Source: an uncultured Halanaerobiales bacterium
GTDB lineage: Bacteria; Bacillota; Halanaerobiia; Halanaerobiales; M55B127
Assembly (NCBI GenBank): GCA_964526845.1
Contig: CAZGMM010000001.1
Span: 1,970-65,969 of the forward strand
Length of the DNA stretch: 64,000 nt
Direction: 5' to 3'
In this document: positions 1 through 11,129 of the stretch, in pieces
How positions within the stretch are numbered: position 1 is the first letter of the stretch
How the letters are laid out: every line of letters starts with the position of its first letter
Notes under the pieces: generated by a model
Databases searched by the model: none
What the model was told of the DNA's origin: nothing
The model's input: the letters and a program-made list of their open reading frames with translations, nothing else
Made by a program: the position numbers and the translations under genes

Positions 1-500
1 TAAAACTGATTGCAGGTCCAACTGATCTAGAAGTACCGCTTACAGTGGATTTTGAGAGTATCAATAGTGCAGAAGACTTATATAACTCTGTGATGTCTGA
101 TTTCACTAGTTATGATATTATAGTAATGGGGGCAGCAGTAGCTGATTTTACACCTGAAAACTTGGCCGAAGACAAGATTAAAAAGAGCACTGAGGATTAT
201 TTTATCCTGGAATTGAAAAAGACCAAGGATATTTTAAAACAAATCAGTACTACTAAAAGAGAAAATCAAACCATCGTTGGCTTTGCAGCTGAAAGCAGAA
301 ATTTAGTTGAAAATGCTAAAGCAAAGATGGATAAAAAAGATATGGATATGGTTGTAGCAAACGATATTAAAAATAAAGATATCTTTGGTAGTGATGAAAG
401 CGAAGTTATCATAATAACCGAAGATAAGCAGATAGATGTTTCAAGATCGTCTAAGGAAGAGATTGCCGATAAAATTTATGATATATTGTTAGAAAAATAA
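1..500 (+). CDS. coaBC: C-terminal part of phosphopantothenoylcysteine decarboxylase/phosphopantothenate-cysteine ligase (5' end outside the window; codon phase starts at nt 3)
   Basis: The frame is open from the window edge to the TAA at 498-500. The pattern VMGAAVADF...IVGFAAE...VANDI is typical of the CoaB ligase domain. Confidence 0.8.
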   Translation, partial: KLIAGPTDLEVPLTVDFESINSAEDLYNSVMSDFTSYDIIVMGAAVADFTPENLAEDKIKKSTEDYFILELKKTKDILKQISTTKRENQTIVGFAAESRNLVENAKAKMDKKDMDMVVANDIKNKDIFGSDESEVIIITEDKQIDVSRSSKEEIADKIYDILLEK

Positions 501-512
501 ATACTTCAAATT

Positions 513-546
513 TACCGCTCTTAAGGGGCGGTTTTTATTTTTTATA
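513..546 (+). terminator. Rho-independent terminator after coaBC
   Basis: ACCGC/GCGGT stem (514-518 / 528-532) followed by a long T tract. Confidence 0.6.
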
Positions 547-613
547 TGCAGGAAATTAACAAGACTTAAATAATATATATTATAGTATATGTTAAGGAAA
601 GGAGTAAACTTCA

Positions 614-2002
614 ATGTTAAATAAAAATACTATAGAAGAGACAATAAATACCGCTTTAGCAGAAGGGGGAGATTTTGCTGAGGTTTTCGTGGAGAATAAA
701 GTTATAAATTCCATCAATCTTGTTAATGGCAAGATAGATAGTGCCAATACGGGGATTGACTATGGGGTAGGTATTAGGGTAATTAAGGGTACAAATGAAA
801 TATATGTTTATACCAATAAGGATAAAAAAGATAACTTACTGAAGCTGGCCAAAAAGGCTGCTTCAATGTTTGATAAAACTAAAAAAGATAATATTAAATT
901 AAAGTATGTTGATTATAAAAACCTGCATCCCATAACTATCATGCCGGCTGATGTCGATCAGATTGAAAAAGTAAATTTGATCAAAAAAGCTTATCGGGCA
1001 GCTGATGGTTATGATGAGTTAATTACACAGGTTGTAGTGGGTTTGACTGATTATACCCAAAATGTTCAGATTGCCAATTCAGAAGGGGTCTTGGTTGAAG
1101 ATGAAAGAACCAGGGTAAGGCTTGGTATCCAGGCAGTAGCCACTTTACAGGATGAAAAACAGACCGGTTACCTGGGTCCGGGCGGCCATATGGGGTTTGA
1201 ATTCTTTGATGAAATAAATGTAGAGCAACAGGCCGAAGATGCGGCTCGTATGGCGGTAACTATGATTAAGGCCGGTCACGCTCCCCAGGGTAAAATGCCG
1301 GTTATCATAGATAATAAATTTGGGGGCGTAATATTTCATGAGGCTTGTGGACACGGCCTGGAAGCAACCTCAGTTGCAAAAAATAATTCGGTTTTTGCTA
1401 ATAAATTGGGAGAAAAGATTGCCAGTGAAAAAGTAACATCTATTGATGACGGGACCTTACCAAATGCCTGGGGCTCCCAAAATTTTGATGATGAAGGGCA
1501 TACAACACAGCGTAATGTGTTGATTGAAAAGGGAGTTTTAAAGGGGTATATGATTGATTATTTAAACGGCCGTCGACTTGATATGGAACCAACCGGTTCC
1601 GGTCGCCGCCAGTCCTACCGTTATTCACCCACCTCCCGTATGACAAATACTTTTATCGATAATGGGAAACATTCTAAAGAAGACATTATTTCTCAAACCG
1701 AGTATGGTCTTTATGCAAAACAAATGGGCGGTGGCTCTGTAAACACCGCCACCGGCGAATTTAATTTTAATGTGAGAGAAGGATATATTGTAAAAGACGG
1801 TACTATTGAAAAGCCGGTTCGTGGTGCAACTTTAATTGGAAAAGGAGCAGATATCTTAAAAAAGATAGATCTAGTTGGTAATAATTTAGATTTGGCAGAA
1901 GGTATGTGTGGTTCCTTAAGTGGCAGTGTACCGGCCGGGGTAGGCCAGCCGACGATCAGAGTATCGGAATTAACCGTTGGGGGAAGAGGTGGAACTGAGT
2001 AA
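614..2002 (+). CDS. tldD: TldD-family metalloprotease
   Basis: 462 aa with an HEACGH (HExxxH) zinc motif. RBS AAGGAAAGGAG lies upstream. It overlaps the partner gene at ATGA-type junction 2002. Confidence 0.9.
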   Translation: MLNKNTIEETINTALAEGGDFAEVFVENKVINSINLVNGKIDSANTGIDYGVGIRVIKGTNEIYVYTNKDKKDNLLKLAKKAASMFDKTKKDNIKLKYVDYKNLHPITIMPADVDQIEKVNLIKKAYRAADGYDELITQVVVGLTDYTQNVQIANSEGVLVEDERTRVRLGIQAVATLQDEKQTGYLGPGGHMGFEFFDEINVEQQAEDAARMAVTMIKAGHAPQGKMPVIIDNKFGGVIFHEACGHGLEATSVAKNNSVFANKLGEKIASEKVTSIDDGTLPNAWGSQNFDDEGHTTQRNVLIEKGVLKGYMIDYLNGRRLDMEPTGSGRRQSYRYSPTSRMTNTFIDNGKHSKEDIISQTEYGLYAKQMGGGSVNTATGEFNFNVREGYIVKDGTIEKPVRGATLIGKGADILKKIDLVGNNLDLAEGMCGSLSGSVPAGVGQPTIRVSELTVGGRGGTE

Positions 2003-3348
2003 TGGAATTAAATACATTTATGAAAGAAATTTTAAAAAGAGCAGATAAAAATGAATTTGATAATAGTGAGATATATTTAAATAAATCTGAGAACTTTGAA
2101 TTTAGATTATATAAGGGTGAAGTTGATTATTACCAAGAGAACGAAGAGTATGGGGTGGGTTTTAGAGGCGAATATCAGGATAAAATGGGTTATTCCTATA
2201 CAGAACGAATTGATCGATCCATAATAGATACGGTTTTAAAAAATGCTAAAAGTAATGCTCAAATCATGGATGAAGAGGAAGAAGAGATCTTTTCTGGCGA
2301 TGAAAGCTATAAAGAGTTGCCAGCTTTAACGGGCATCTATGAGTTTGATAGAGAAAAAAAGATTGAACTTTTAAAAACTATAGAAAAAAATATATATGAT
2401 TTAGATGACAGGATAAGGAATATCAACTACTGTATATATGCGGATGAAAAGACCGGGGAACAGATTTTAAATAATAAAGATTTAGAGTTAATTTATGAAA
2501 ATGATATCGCCTATATTTATATTTCTATAATTGCGGAAGAAAAGGGCGAGGTTCATACTTCTACTAATTATAAGTTATTTAGGGACATCAAGGAAGTGGA
2601 TCCGGATAAATTTGCTCAACAAGTAGTAGAGGATGCCGTCAGTCAGTTTGGGGCAGAAACAGTAAAATCGGGCTCTTACCCTATAATTTTAAGAAATGAA
2701 GTTTTTATTGATATTTTATCTACTTTCAGTTCTACTTTCTCAGCTGAAAATGTGCAGAAGGGTCTCTCCTTATTTAAAGATAAATTAGGAGAAAAGGTGG
2801 CAGCTGCTAAGGTAAATATAGTTGACGATCCCTTTTATGAAAAAGGATATAGAAGGACTCCCTTTGATTCAGAGGGGTCGGCAGCGAAATATAAAGAGGT
2901 AATTAAAGATGGTGAACTTACCACCTATCTCCATAATTTAAAAACTGCTAAAAAAAGTAATACGAAAACAACCGGTAACGCTTACCGTTCATCTCATAAA
3001 AGCAAGATAAGTATTTCTCCCACCAATATGTACTTACAAAAAGGGGAATATACTTTTAAACAACTATTAAAAGAAATGAAAGAAGGCTTAGTTATTGAGG
3101 ATGTACAGGGACTGCACTCAGGTGCAAACCAGGTTTCGGGTGATTTTTCCCTTTCAGCCCGCGGCTTTTATGTGCAAGATGGTAATATTGATAAACCGGT
3201 TGAACAGATCACAATATCTGGTAACTTTTTACAGTTGTTAAAAGATATCAAACTTATTGGTGATGACTTTAAAATGGGTCTTCCCAGTAGTGGGCATATT
3301 GGTTCGGCCTCAGTTTTGATAAAAAGTTTGGATGTTTCAGGCTCTTAG
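2002..3348 (+). CDS. pmbA: PmbA/TldE-family protease partner subunit
   Basis: 448 aa of TldD/PmbA-family length and C-terminal Gly-rich pattern. It has no HExxxH and is translationally coupled to tldD. Confidence 0.85.
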   Translation: MELNTFMKEILKRADKNEFDNSEIYLNKSENFEFRLYKGEVDYYQENEEYGVGFRGEYQDKMGYSYTERIDRSIIDTVLKNAKSNAQIMDEEEEEIFSGDESYKELPALTGIYEFDREKKIELLKTIEKNIYDLDDRIRNINYCIYADEKTGEQILNNKDLELIYENDIAYIYISIIAEEKGEVHTSTNYKLFRDIKEVDPDKFAQQVVEDAVSQFGAETVKSGSYPIILRNEVFIDILSTFSSTFSAENVQKGLSLFKDKLGEKVAAAKVNIVDDPFYEKGYRRTPFDSEGSAAKYKEVIKDGELTTYLHNLKTAKKSNTKTTGNAYRSSHKSKISISPTNMYLQKGEYTFKQLLKEMKEGLVIEDVQGLHSGANQVSGDFSLSARGFYVQDGNIDKPVEQITISGNFLQLLKDIKLIGDDFKMGLPSSGHIGSASVLIKSLDVSGS

Positions 3349-3353
3349 CTTAA

Positions 3354-3382
3354 TTGACACAGTTTTATCTATATGCTAAACT
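3354..3382 (+). promoter_or_regulatory. Sigma-A type promoter for metK
   Basis: TTGACA (3354-3359), 17-nt spacer, TAAACT (3377-3382). Confidence 0.5.
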
Positions 3383-3418
3383 TTAAGTATTAATAAATAT
3401 ATAAATGAAGGTGGTATA

Positions 3419-4594
3419 ATGGCAAAAAATTACTTGATGACTTCAGAATCTGTAACTGAAGGTCATCCCGACAAAGTAGCAGACAAGATATCTGATAGTA
3501 TTTTAGACGAAATCTTGAAGAATGATAAGGATGCAAGGGTCGCCTGTGAAACCTTTGTAACAACAGGCTTGGCCTTTATTTCCGGTGAGATAACAACAGA
3601 TTGTTATGTAGATGTTACCGATATAACCAGACAGACCATCATGGATATCGGTTATGATAGAGCAAAATATGGTTTTGATGGTGAAACCTGTGGTGTGATT
3701 ACTTCTATTAAAGAACAGTCCGCTGATATTGCTTTAGGGGTTAATCATTCTATTGAGTCCAAAGAAGGTAGAAACGAGGAACAGATTGGGGCCGGTGACC
3801 AGGGCATCATGTACGGATATGCAACAAATGAAACCGAAGAATATATGCCTTTACCAATCACCCTGGCCCATAAATTAGCCCGTCGCTTAGCCTTAGTTAG
3901 GAAAAAGGATATTGTTGATTACTTAAGACCTGATGGAAAAACCCAGGTCACTATAGAGTATGAAGATGATAAACCGAAAAGGGTAGATAAAGTATTAATT
4001 TCAGCCCAACACCATCCGGAAGTAGCTCAGGAGACTATAAAAAGAGATCTGTGTGAATTTGTAATAAAAAAGATAATTCCGGCTGATATGCTGGATAAAC
4101 AAACTGAAATATTGATAAATCCGACCGGTAGATTTGTGATCGGGGGACCCCATGGTGATGCAGGTTTAACTGGTCGTAAGATAATTGTTGATACTTATGG
4201 TGGTACTGCCCGTCATGGTGGTGGTGCTTTTTCAGGAAAAGATCCTACCAAAGTGGATAGATCTGCTTCCTATGCTGCCCGTTATATTGCTAAAAATATT
4301 GTGGCAGCCGGGTTAGCCGAAAAATGTGAAGTACAACTATCTTATGCTATCGGAGTAGCCCATCCTTTATCTGTGATGGTGGAAACATTCAACACTTCTA
4401 AAGTAAGTGAAGAAAGACTAGTTAAGGTCATTAAGGATAATTTTGTTTTAACTCCTGGTGGGATAATTGATAAATTTGATTTAATGAGACCAATCTACAG
4501 CCAGATCACAAACTATGGTCATTTTGGTAGATTGGATTTAGATCTTCCCTGGGAAGAGTTAGATAAAGTAGAAACTATTAAAAATAAAGTATAA
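3419..4594 (+). CDS. metK: S-adenosylmethionine synthetase
   Basis: 391 aa with GHPDK, GAGDQG and GGGAFSGKD motifs. RBS GAAGGTGG. Confidence 0.97.
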   Translation: MAKNYLMTSESVTEGHPDKVADKISDSILDEILKNDKDARVACETFVTTGLAFISGEITTDCYVDVTDITRQTIMDIGYDRAKYGFDGETCGVITSIKEQSADIALGVNHSIESKEGRNEEQIGAGDQGIMYGYATNETEEYMPLPITLAHKLARRLALVRKKDIVDYLRPDGKTQVTIEYEDDKPKRVDKVLISAQHHPEVAQETIKRDLCEFVIKKIIPADMLDKQTEILINPTGRFVIGGPHGDAGLTGRKIIVDTYGGTARHGGGAFSGKDPTKVDRSASYAARYIAKNIVAAGLAEKCEVQLSYAIGVAHPLSVMVETFNTSKVSEERLVKVIKDNFVLTPGGIIDKFDLMRPIYSQITNYGHFGRLDLDLPWEELDKVETIKNKV

Positions 4595-4606
4595 AATATA
4601 TTTTTT

Positions 4607-4634
4607 ACCGGAGGAGTTGTTTCCTTCGGTTTTG
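4607..4634 (+). terminator. Hairpin / weak terminator after metK
   Basis: ACCGGAGGA / TCCTTCGGT stem with one G-U pair, followed by a short TTT. Confidence 0.4.
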
Positions 4635-4658
4635 CCTTGCCTATAAGAGGTGGAAATT

Positions 4659-5708
4659 ATGAAAACACAAGAAAGTAGAATAGACCGACAGACTATATTT
4701 AAGGGTTTAAGAATGGCAGTGGTATTAAGTTTATTGATCTCTGCTATTATTATAGTAATTACAATTGATGAAAATACTTTGGAAAGAGTCCTTAAAAACA
4801 TGGATATGAAATATCTCTGGATAATTATGGGGTTGATCTTAATTAATATTGCCTCGGCCGGTCAGAGATTAAAAGTAATGATCTCATCTGTAGATAAAAA
4901 ATTGAGTTTAAAGGACTGTATGATTATCCATATTTCAGGAGCTTTCGTTTCTAATGTTACTCCTTTTGCAAGTGGGGGAGGCCCGTTTCAAATTTATTTT
5001 CTCCATAAGAAGGGAGTTAATGTGGGCAAAGCTTCTACAGCGGTTGTCACTAATTTTTTATTAAGATTATTTTACTTTGGTATTCTCACTCCCATTTTTT
5101 TGATATTTTTTAATGAATATATTTCGGCGGGAGTACTACCCGATTATATATTTTATTTAGCATTTGGAATGGGTGTGTTAATCTCTGTAGGTATTATTTT
5201 ACTTACCTTAGTACCACAAATTGGTGATAAATTAACAGATTATATCCTGAATATTAACAAGATAAATAATTTTATTAAAAAAAGCTATAAAGCTAAAAGA
5301 TGGCTGGTCAAAAGCAGGAGAGAATTAAGAGACTTTAGAAGGTCTTTTGGTATCTTAAGAAAAAATAAGAAGAGCTTATTTTGGGGCGCCTTTTATACCA
5401 TTGTGTTCTGGAGCAGTATGTTTATGATCATGCCTGTGGTTTTAATGTCCTTTGGGGCGGAACCCCATTTTCTACAGGCCTACATAATGCAGACAATTTT
5501 TTATCTGATGCTGCCTTATTCACCAACTCCAGGTGCAAGTGGTGTAGCAGAAATTGGGTTCGCTTCCTTATTTGTGGCTTTTATCCCCAGTGATATTGTA
5601 GGGCTGGTCACCTTCGGCTGGAGATTATTTACCTTTTATACAATCCTGGTTATCGGCGGTATTTTCGCCTTAAGAGAAATAAGTAAAAGAAGGAATAATG
5701 ATGAATAA
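4659..5708 (+). CDS. Polytopic membrane protein, flippase-like / LPG-synthase transmembrane-domain family (UPF0104-like)
   Basis: Multiple hydrophobic helices. I prefer the ATG at 4659 (RBS AAGAGG at 4645-4650) over the GTG at 4650 from the ORF track. Confidence 0.7.
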   Translation: MKTQESRIDRQTIFKGLRMAVVLSLLISAIIIVITIDENTLERVLKNMDMKYLWIIMGLILINIASAGQRLKVMISSVDKKLSLKDCMIIHISGAFVSNVTPFASGGGPFQIYFLHKKGVNVGKASTAVVTNFLLRLFYFGILTPIFLIFFNEYISAGVLPDYIFYLAFGMGVLISVGIILLTLVPQIGDKLTDYILNINKINNFIKKSYKAKRWLVKSRRELRDFRRSFGILRKNKKSLFWGAFYTIVFWSSMFMIMPVVLMSFGAEPHFLQAYIMQTIFYLMLPYSPTPGASGVAEIGFASLFVAFIPSDIVGLVTFGWRLFTFYTILVIGGIFALREISKRRNNDE

Positions 5709-7935
5709 ATATGCTGAAGTAATTGTTGATTTACCTGTACCTAAATTTGACAAAATATATGACTATGTTGTACCGGAAGAACTTGTAGATAAACTGAAGG
5801 TAGGCATGGCTGTTAAGGTTAAGTTTGGAAAGCGAAAAATAAGGGCTTTTGTCTTAAATATAAAAGATGAAACCGAGGTTGAAAAAGATAAATTAAAAGA
5901 GATAGATAGCCTTATTACAAATGAAATATTTTTTAAAGAAAGTGATTTAAAACTATATAAATGGATAAGTGAATTTTACTGTGCACTTTTAATCAGTGTA
6001 ATTAAAGCAGCTGTTCCTACAGCTGTTTTTAAAGGTAAGATAAGTAAAAAAACGGTTAAAGTTGTAAGATTAAAATTAGAAAAAAAGCAAATATATAAAA
6101 AGCTTAAGGAGCTTGAGACCCGCGCTCCCAGTCAATTTAAGGTTTTAAATTATTTTAAAGAGAATGAAAACGAAGAAATTGAAGTAAAAAAACTTTTAGA
6201 TAAATTAGATGTATATCGGGGGGCGGTAAATTCCCTGGTAAAAAAAGATTATCTAGAATATACAGAAAACATAGAAAGAAGGATTCCCTATAAGGATTAT
6301 GATAGTGAGCTTAAAGCAGAATTACAACCCACTAAAGCACAGGCCGAAGTACTTCAAACCATCAATAATAACCTATTTGAGCCCCAAAGTAATACCTACC
6401 TTCTGCATGGGGTAACAGGGTCGGGTAAAACAGAAGTCTACATGCAGTTAATTAAAGAGGTATTACAGGCCGATCAAGGAGCTATTTTATTAGTACCGGA
6501 AATATCATTAACTCCTTTAATGGTGAAACGTTTTTATAGTCGCTTTGGTGAACAAATAGCTGTTTTACATTCTGCCTTATCATCGGGAGAGAGATATGAT
6601 GAATGGCGGAATATAAAAAGGGGTAAAGCTAACATTGTAATTGGGGCCCGTTCGGCGATCTTTGCACCGGTTAAAGATCTCGGCCTAATTATTATCGATG
6701 AAGAACATGAAAATTCCTATAAACAGGGTAATCATCCTTATTACCATGCACGTGAAGTTGCCCAAAAAAGGGCTGAAATAAATAATGTTGATCTGGTTTT
6801 AGGTTCGGCGACACCTTCTTTAGAAAGTTATTATAAAGCTAAAAAAGGAGATTACACTTATCTTTCTCTACCAGTTAGAATCGACAACAAAGAAATGCCC
6901 CCGGTTGAAGTTATAGATATGACGGAAGAATTAAAAAAGGGGAACCCATCTATTTTTAGCAGTAAATTAGAGGATGGTTTAAAAGATACCTTAAATAAAG
7001 GTGAGCAAGCCATCTTATTTTTAAATCGCAGGGGCTATTCCAGTTTTGTTTTATGTCGAAGTTGTGGTGAGGTCATAAAATGTGATAACTGTGATATTTC
7101 GATGACCTACCACCAGGGGAAAGATAAATTAATCTGTCATTATTGTGGGGCAACCCGTGATATTCCAAAATATTGTCCGAACTGCAGCAGCAAGTATATT
7201 AAGGATTTTGGTATCGGAACCGAAAGGATAGAAAAGGAAGTTAAAAAATTACTGCCTGAGGCTGAAGTGGCCAGGATGGACCACGATACTACCACTAGAA
7301 AAGGATCTCATCGGAGGATTTTAAATAAGTTAGAAAATAATGAAATTGATATTTTAATTGGTACTCAGATGGTGGCAAAAGGCCATGACTATCCTAATAT
7401 ATCCTTGGTAGGTGTTATCACAGCCGACACTATGATGAATCTACCTGATTTTAGATCTTCCGAAAGAACCTTTCAATTATTAACTCAGGTAGCAGGCCGG
7501 ACAGGCCGTGGTAAAAAGAAAGGGGTTGTAGCTATTCAGACCTATAATCCCGATCATTACAGCATTTTAGCGGCTAAAGAACATGATTATCAATATTTTT
7601 ACAAAAAGGAAATTGTACTTCGTAAAGCACTGCAGTATCCGCCTTTTACAAATCTAGTTAACATTACAATAACACATAAAAAGAAAAATAAAGCTGAAAA
7701 AGCTGCAAAAAAGTTGTATAATCATATAAAAGATTATAAAATAAAGAAGATAATTGGACCTTCCCCGGCTCCGATTGAAAGGATCAGGGGTAGGTATAGG
7801 GTCCAGTTGTTATTAAAGTTCGACGACCTTGATACCAGAACAAGTGTATTAAAAAAACTTAAAGATCAATTCTTAAAAAAGATTAGTATGAATGTAAAGT
7901 ATAATATTGATGTGGATCCAATATCGATGTTATAA
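5698..7935 (+). CDS. priA: Primosomal protein N' (replication restart helicase PriA)
   Basis: 745 aa with Walker A GVTGSGKT, an IIDEEH box, and Cys-rich zinc fingers CRSCG..CDNC..CHYCG..CPNC. Confidence 0.95.
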   Translation: MMNKYAEVIVDLPVPKFDKIYDYVVPEELVDKLKVGMAVKVKFGKRKIRAFVLNIKDETEVEKDKLKEIDSLITNEIFFKESDLKLYKWISEFYCALLISVIKAAVPTAVFKGKISKKTVKVVRLKLEKKQIYKKLKELETRAPSQFKVLNYFKENENEEIEVKKLLDKLDVYRGAVNSLVKKDYLEYTENIERRIPYKDYDSELKAELQPTKAQAEVLQTINNNLFEPQSNTYLLHGVTGSGKTEVYMQLIKEVLQADQGAILLVPEISLTPLMVKRFYSRFGEQIAVLHSALSSGERYDEWRNIKRGKANIVIGARSAIFAPVKDLGLIIIDEEHENSYKQGNHPYYHAREVAQKRAEINNVDLVLGSATPSLESYYKAKKGDYTYLSLPVRIDNKEMPPVEVIDMTEELKKGNPSIFSSKLEDGLKDTLNKGEQAILFLNRRGYSSFVLCRSCGEVIKCDNCDISMTYHQGKDKLICHYCGATRDIPKYCPNCSSKYIKDFGIGTERIEKEVKKLLPEAEVARMDHDTTTRKGSHRRILNKLENNEIDILIGTQMVAKGHDYPNISLVGVITADTMMNLPDFRSSERTFQLLTQVAGRTGRGKKKGVVAIQTYNPDHYSILAAKEHDYQYFYKKEIVLRKALQYPPFTNLVNITITHKKKNKAEKAAKKLYNHIKDYKIKKIIGPSPAPIERIRGRYRVQLLLKFDDLDTRTSVLKKLKDQFLKKISMNVKYNIDVDPISML

Positions 7936-7955
7936 TATTTAAAGAGGTGATAAAG

Positions 7956-8426
7956 ATGGCAGTACTTCCCATAAGAGAGATTGGTGATCCAGTCTTACGC
8001 AGTAGAGCAAAAGAAGTAAAAGAGATTACTGATAAAACTAGAGAATTAATAGATAATATGATAGATTCAATGGAAGCAGAGGAAGGTATTGGTTTAGCGG
8101 CCCCACAGATTGGGGTTCTGCAGAGAGTTATAATTGTTGAAATAGAAGAAGACCTTAAGGTAACTATAAACCCCGTTGCAGTTAAAAAGAAAGGGGAAGC
8201 GGTTGCCGAAGAAGGCTGTTTAAGTGTGCCCGGCAAAACTGGACTTGTAAAAAGGGCAGAAGAAGTTACAATCAAAGGCCTTAACGAGCAAGGCGAAGAA
8301 GTCAAATATGAATTAGAAGGACTAAAAGCAAGGGCCTTCTTACATGAGATAGATCATTTAAATGGTATCCTTTTTGTAGATAGGGCAATAGAAGTAAAAG
8401 ATGAAGAACCCGAAATGGTGGAGTGA
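7956..8426 (+). CDS. def: Peptide deformylase
   Basis: EGCLSVPG and HEIDHLNG motifs. The ATG at 7956 follows RBS AAGAGGTG. Confidence 0.95.
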   Translation: MAVLPIREIGDPVLRSRAKEVKEITDKTRELIDNMIDSMEAEEGIGLAAPQIGVLQRVIIVEIEEDLKVTINPVAVKKKGEAVAEEGCLSVPGKTGLVKRAEEVTIKGLNEQGEEVKYELEGLKARAFLHEIDHLNGILFVDRAIEVKDEEPEMVE

Positions 8427-8435
8427 TTAAAAAAA

Positions 8436-9383
8436 ATGAAGATTATATTTACGGGTACCCCGGACTTTGCCGTACCGAGTCTAAAAGAATTAGTAAAAGA
8501 AGATAAAATAAATATTGAGGCAGTTATAACACAACCTGATAAAAGAAGGGGCAGGGGTAAAAAGGTTAGGTATACTCCTGTTAAAAAAGAAGCTTTAAAA
8601 CATGATATAGAAGTATTACAGCCCGAAAATATAAACGATGATGATTTTATAAAGAAGTTAAATAAAAGAGATATAGACTTAATGGTGGTAGTTGCTTATG
8701 GGCAGATTTTATCAAAAGAGCTGCTTGAACTACCCCGGACAGGCTGTATCAACCTACACGCCTCCTTACTACCTGAATATAGGGGTTCTAGTCCTATACA
8801 ACAGGCGATAATGGATGGTAAAGATTTTACCGGAGTTACCACTATGTTTATGGATGAAGGACTTGATACCGGTGATATAATATACCAAAAACCGGTTGCA
8901 ATAAAAGAAGAATATAATGCCGGTGACCTGCATGATAAACTGGCCGAAGTCGGTGCTAAACTGTTAAGAGAAACGGTTGTTAAGCTAAAAGAAGGTTCAG
9001 TACCCCGACTTAGTCAAACAGAAGATAAAGCTAGTTACACCGGCCAATTAAGTAAAGAAGACGGTCTTATAGATTGGCAAAAGTCCAGTCAGGACTTATA
9101 TTACTTTGTAAAAGCCATGAATCCCTGGCCGGGCTCTTTTACCTACCTTGACGGTAAATTATTAAAGATTTTTGAAGTAAAACCGGTAGATGATAATACA
9201 GATAAAAAACCTGGTACAGTTATAAAAGCTGTGCCGGAGGAAGGTTTATACATTCAAACAGGTAAAGGTCTTTTAAAAATTGAAAAGTTACAATTAGCGG
9301 GTAAAAAAAGAATGTCTACACCAGATTTTTTAAGAGGATATGAGATAGAGGAAGGAACTAGGTTAGAAAGCCAAAAGGAGTGA
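8436..9383 (+). CDS. fmt: Methionyl-tRNA formyltransferase
   Basis: 315 aa with an HASLLPEYRG motif, located in a def-fmt pair. Confidence 0.95.
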   Translation: MKIIFTGTPDFAVPSLKELVKEDKINIEAVITQPDKRRGRGKKVRYTPVKKEALKHDIEVLQPENINDDDFIKKLNKRDIDLMVVVAYGQILSKELLELPRTGCINLHASLLPEYRGSSPIQQAIMDGKDFTGVTTMFMDEGLDTGDIIYQKPVAIKEEYNAGDLHDKLAEVGAKLLRETVVKLKEGSVPRLSQTEDKASYTGQLSKEDGLIDWQKSSQDLYYFVKAMNPWPGSFTYLDGKLLKIFEVKPVDDNTDKKPGTVIKAVPEEGLYIQTGKGLLKIEKLQLAGKKRMSTPDFLRGYEIEEGTRLESQKE

Positions 9384-9389
9384 TCTATT

Positions 9390-10076
9390 ATGTTTTTTTA
9401 TGATCCCACAGTTTTAATGTTAATACCCGTGTTGTTAATTGCAATGTATGCTCAATATAAAGTCAAAAGTACTTTTAATAAGTATTCGGAAATAAATACA
9501 AATGTAAATCGGACCGCTGCTGATATCGTCAGCGAGCTTTTAGCAAAAAACGGTATCAAGGATGTAAGTATTAAAAGAATCGAGGGAGAATTAAGTGACC
9601 ATTATGACCCCCGGAATAAAGTGTTAAATTTATCCCAAAGTATTTATAATAGTAAATCTATAGCTGCTATTGGGGTGGCGGCCCATGAGGCCGGCCATGC
9701 TATCCAGGATGCAAAGGGCTATACTCCCCTGCAGATCAGGGCTAAGATAGTACCTGCTGCCAGTATAGGTTCTAATTGGGGATTACCAATGGCTATTATC
9801 GGATTTTTCCTTCAATCCCAGTTTATGATCGCCCTCGGTTTTATTATGTTTTTAGGGGCCTTTGTATTTCATTTAGTTACCCTGCCTGTTGAATTTAATG
9901 CTAGTAATAGAGCATTAACGATGCTTAAAAGAAACAACATTTTGAACCAGAAAGAATTAAAGGGTGCTAAAAAGGTCCTGCGGGCAGCTGCTTTCACTTA
10001 TGTTTCCGCTACTTTAGTGGCCTTGGTAAATCTGCTGAGGATAGTTGTATTATTTGGAATGGGTAGCGATGAATAA
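9390..10076 (+). CDS. Membrane zinc metallopeptidase (YugP-like)
   Basis: HEAGHAIQD (HExxH) motif flanked by transmembrane helices. Confidence 0.8.
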   Translation: MFFYDPTVLMLIPVLLIAMYAQYKVKSTFNKYSEINTNVNRTAADIVSELLAKNGIKDVSIKRIEGELSDHYDPRNKVLNLSQSIYNSKSIAAIGVAAHEAGHAIQDAKGYTPLQIRAKIVPAASIGSNWGLPMAIIGFFLQSQFMIALGFIMFLGAFVFHLVTLPVEFNASNRALTMLKRNNILNQKELKGAKKVLRAAAFTYVSATLVALVNLLRIVVLFGMGSDE

Positions 10077-11127
10077 AAAGCATATCTTAAGTTTTGATTT
10101 AAATGGTTTAAAAAAAGAATTTCAACAAAAAGATATAGCTTTGTATAGAGCCGAACAGGTTTTTAACTGGATATATCAAAATGGTGTATTAAATTTTGAT
10201 GAGATGTCCAATTTACCGGCCGATTTAATAAAAAGATTAAATAATAAATATGTAATTTCAAAGTTTTCTTTGGACAAAAAACTGATAGCTGAAGACGGGA
10301 CCCAGAAGTACCTCTGGAAAACGGCTGATGATAAATTATTAGAAAGTGTCTTTTTACCATATTATGATGAAAATAGATATTCGATCTGTGTCTCCAGCCA
10401 GATTGGTTGTTCAATAGGCTGTAAATTTTGTGCGACCGGGATCGGTGGTTTAAAGAGAGATCTAACCGCGGGAGAAATTATTGAACAGATCCTGAAAATA
10501 CAGATTGATATAAGTGAAGACCAATATAAAGATACCCCGATAACAAATATCGTTTTTATGGGAATGGGGGAACCCTTTTTAAATTATGACAATGTAAGCC
10601 AGGCTGTTTCGATTTTAAATGATAAAAAGGGCTTAAATATCGGCATGAGGAAAATGACAATTTCTACTTCCGGTATTATTGACAAGATAACAAGGTTAGC
10701 TGATGAAAATCAGCAGATCGGTCTGGCTATTTCTTTAAATGCCCCTAATGATGAGCTCAGGGATTATTTAATGCCCATTAATAAAAAATATGATTTAGAT
10801 AAATTAATGGAGGCCGTCCAATACTATATCGATAAAACTAACCGTAGGGTAACCTTTGAGTATGTATTGATGAAAGGAATTAATGATAAAAAAGTTCATG
10901 CCGGACAGTTAGTTTCACTGTTAAAAAATAAGTTGGTTCATGTCAATTTAATTCCGGTCAACCCTGTACCGGAATTAAATATTGAACGGCCCAGTAAAAA
11001 GATTATCAACTATTTTAAAGATAATTTGGAAAAACACAATATTCCTGTTACCATTAGAATTGAAAAAGGTACTAATATAAAAGCAGCTTGTGGACAACTG
11101 CGTGCTAGTTATCAAAATGGAGGTTAA
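10069..11127 (+). CDS. rlmN: 23S rRNA/tRNA adenine-C2 methyltransferase, radical SAM
   Basis: CSIGCKFCATG (CxxxCxxC) motif. I prefer the ATG at 10069, which overlaps the upstream stop, to the ORF-track start at 10045. Confidence 0.9.
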   Translation: MNKKHILSFDLNGLKKEFQQKDIALYRAEQVFNWIYQNGVLNFDEMSNLPADLIKRLNNKYVISKFSLDKKLIAEDGTQKYLWKTADDKLLESVFLPYYDENRYSICVSSQIGCSIGCKFCATGIGGLKRDLTAGEIIEQILKIQIDISEDQYKDTPITNIVFMGMGEPFLNYDNVSQAVSILNDKKGLNIGMRKMTISTSGIIDKITRLADENQQIGLAISLNAPNDELRDYLMPINKKYDLDKLMEAVQYYIDKTNRRVTFEYVLMKGINDKKVHAGQLVSLLKNKLVHVNLIPVNPVPELNIERPSKKIINYFKDNLEKHNIPVTIRIEKGTNIKAACGQLRASYQNGG

Positions 11128-11129
11128 TC

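Noticed and set aside
3349-3418. A SAM riboswitch upstream of metK.
   Set aside because: The intergenic region is only 70 nt and is occupied by a promoter and RBS, which is too short for a SAM-I or SAM-II aptamer.
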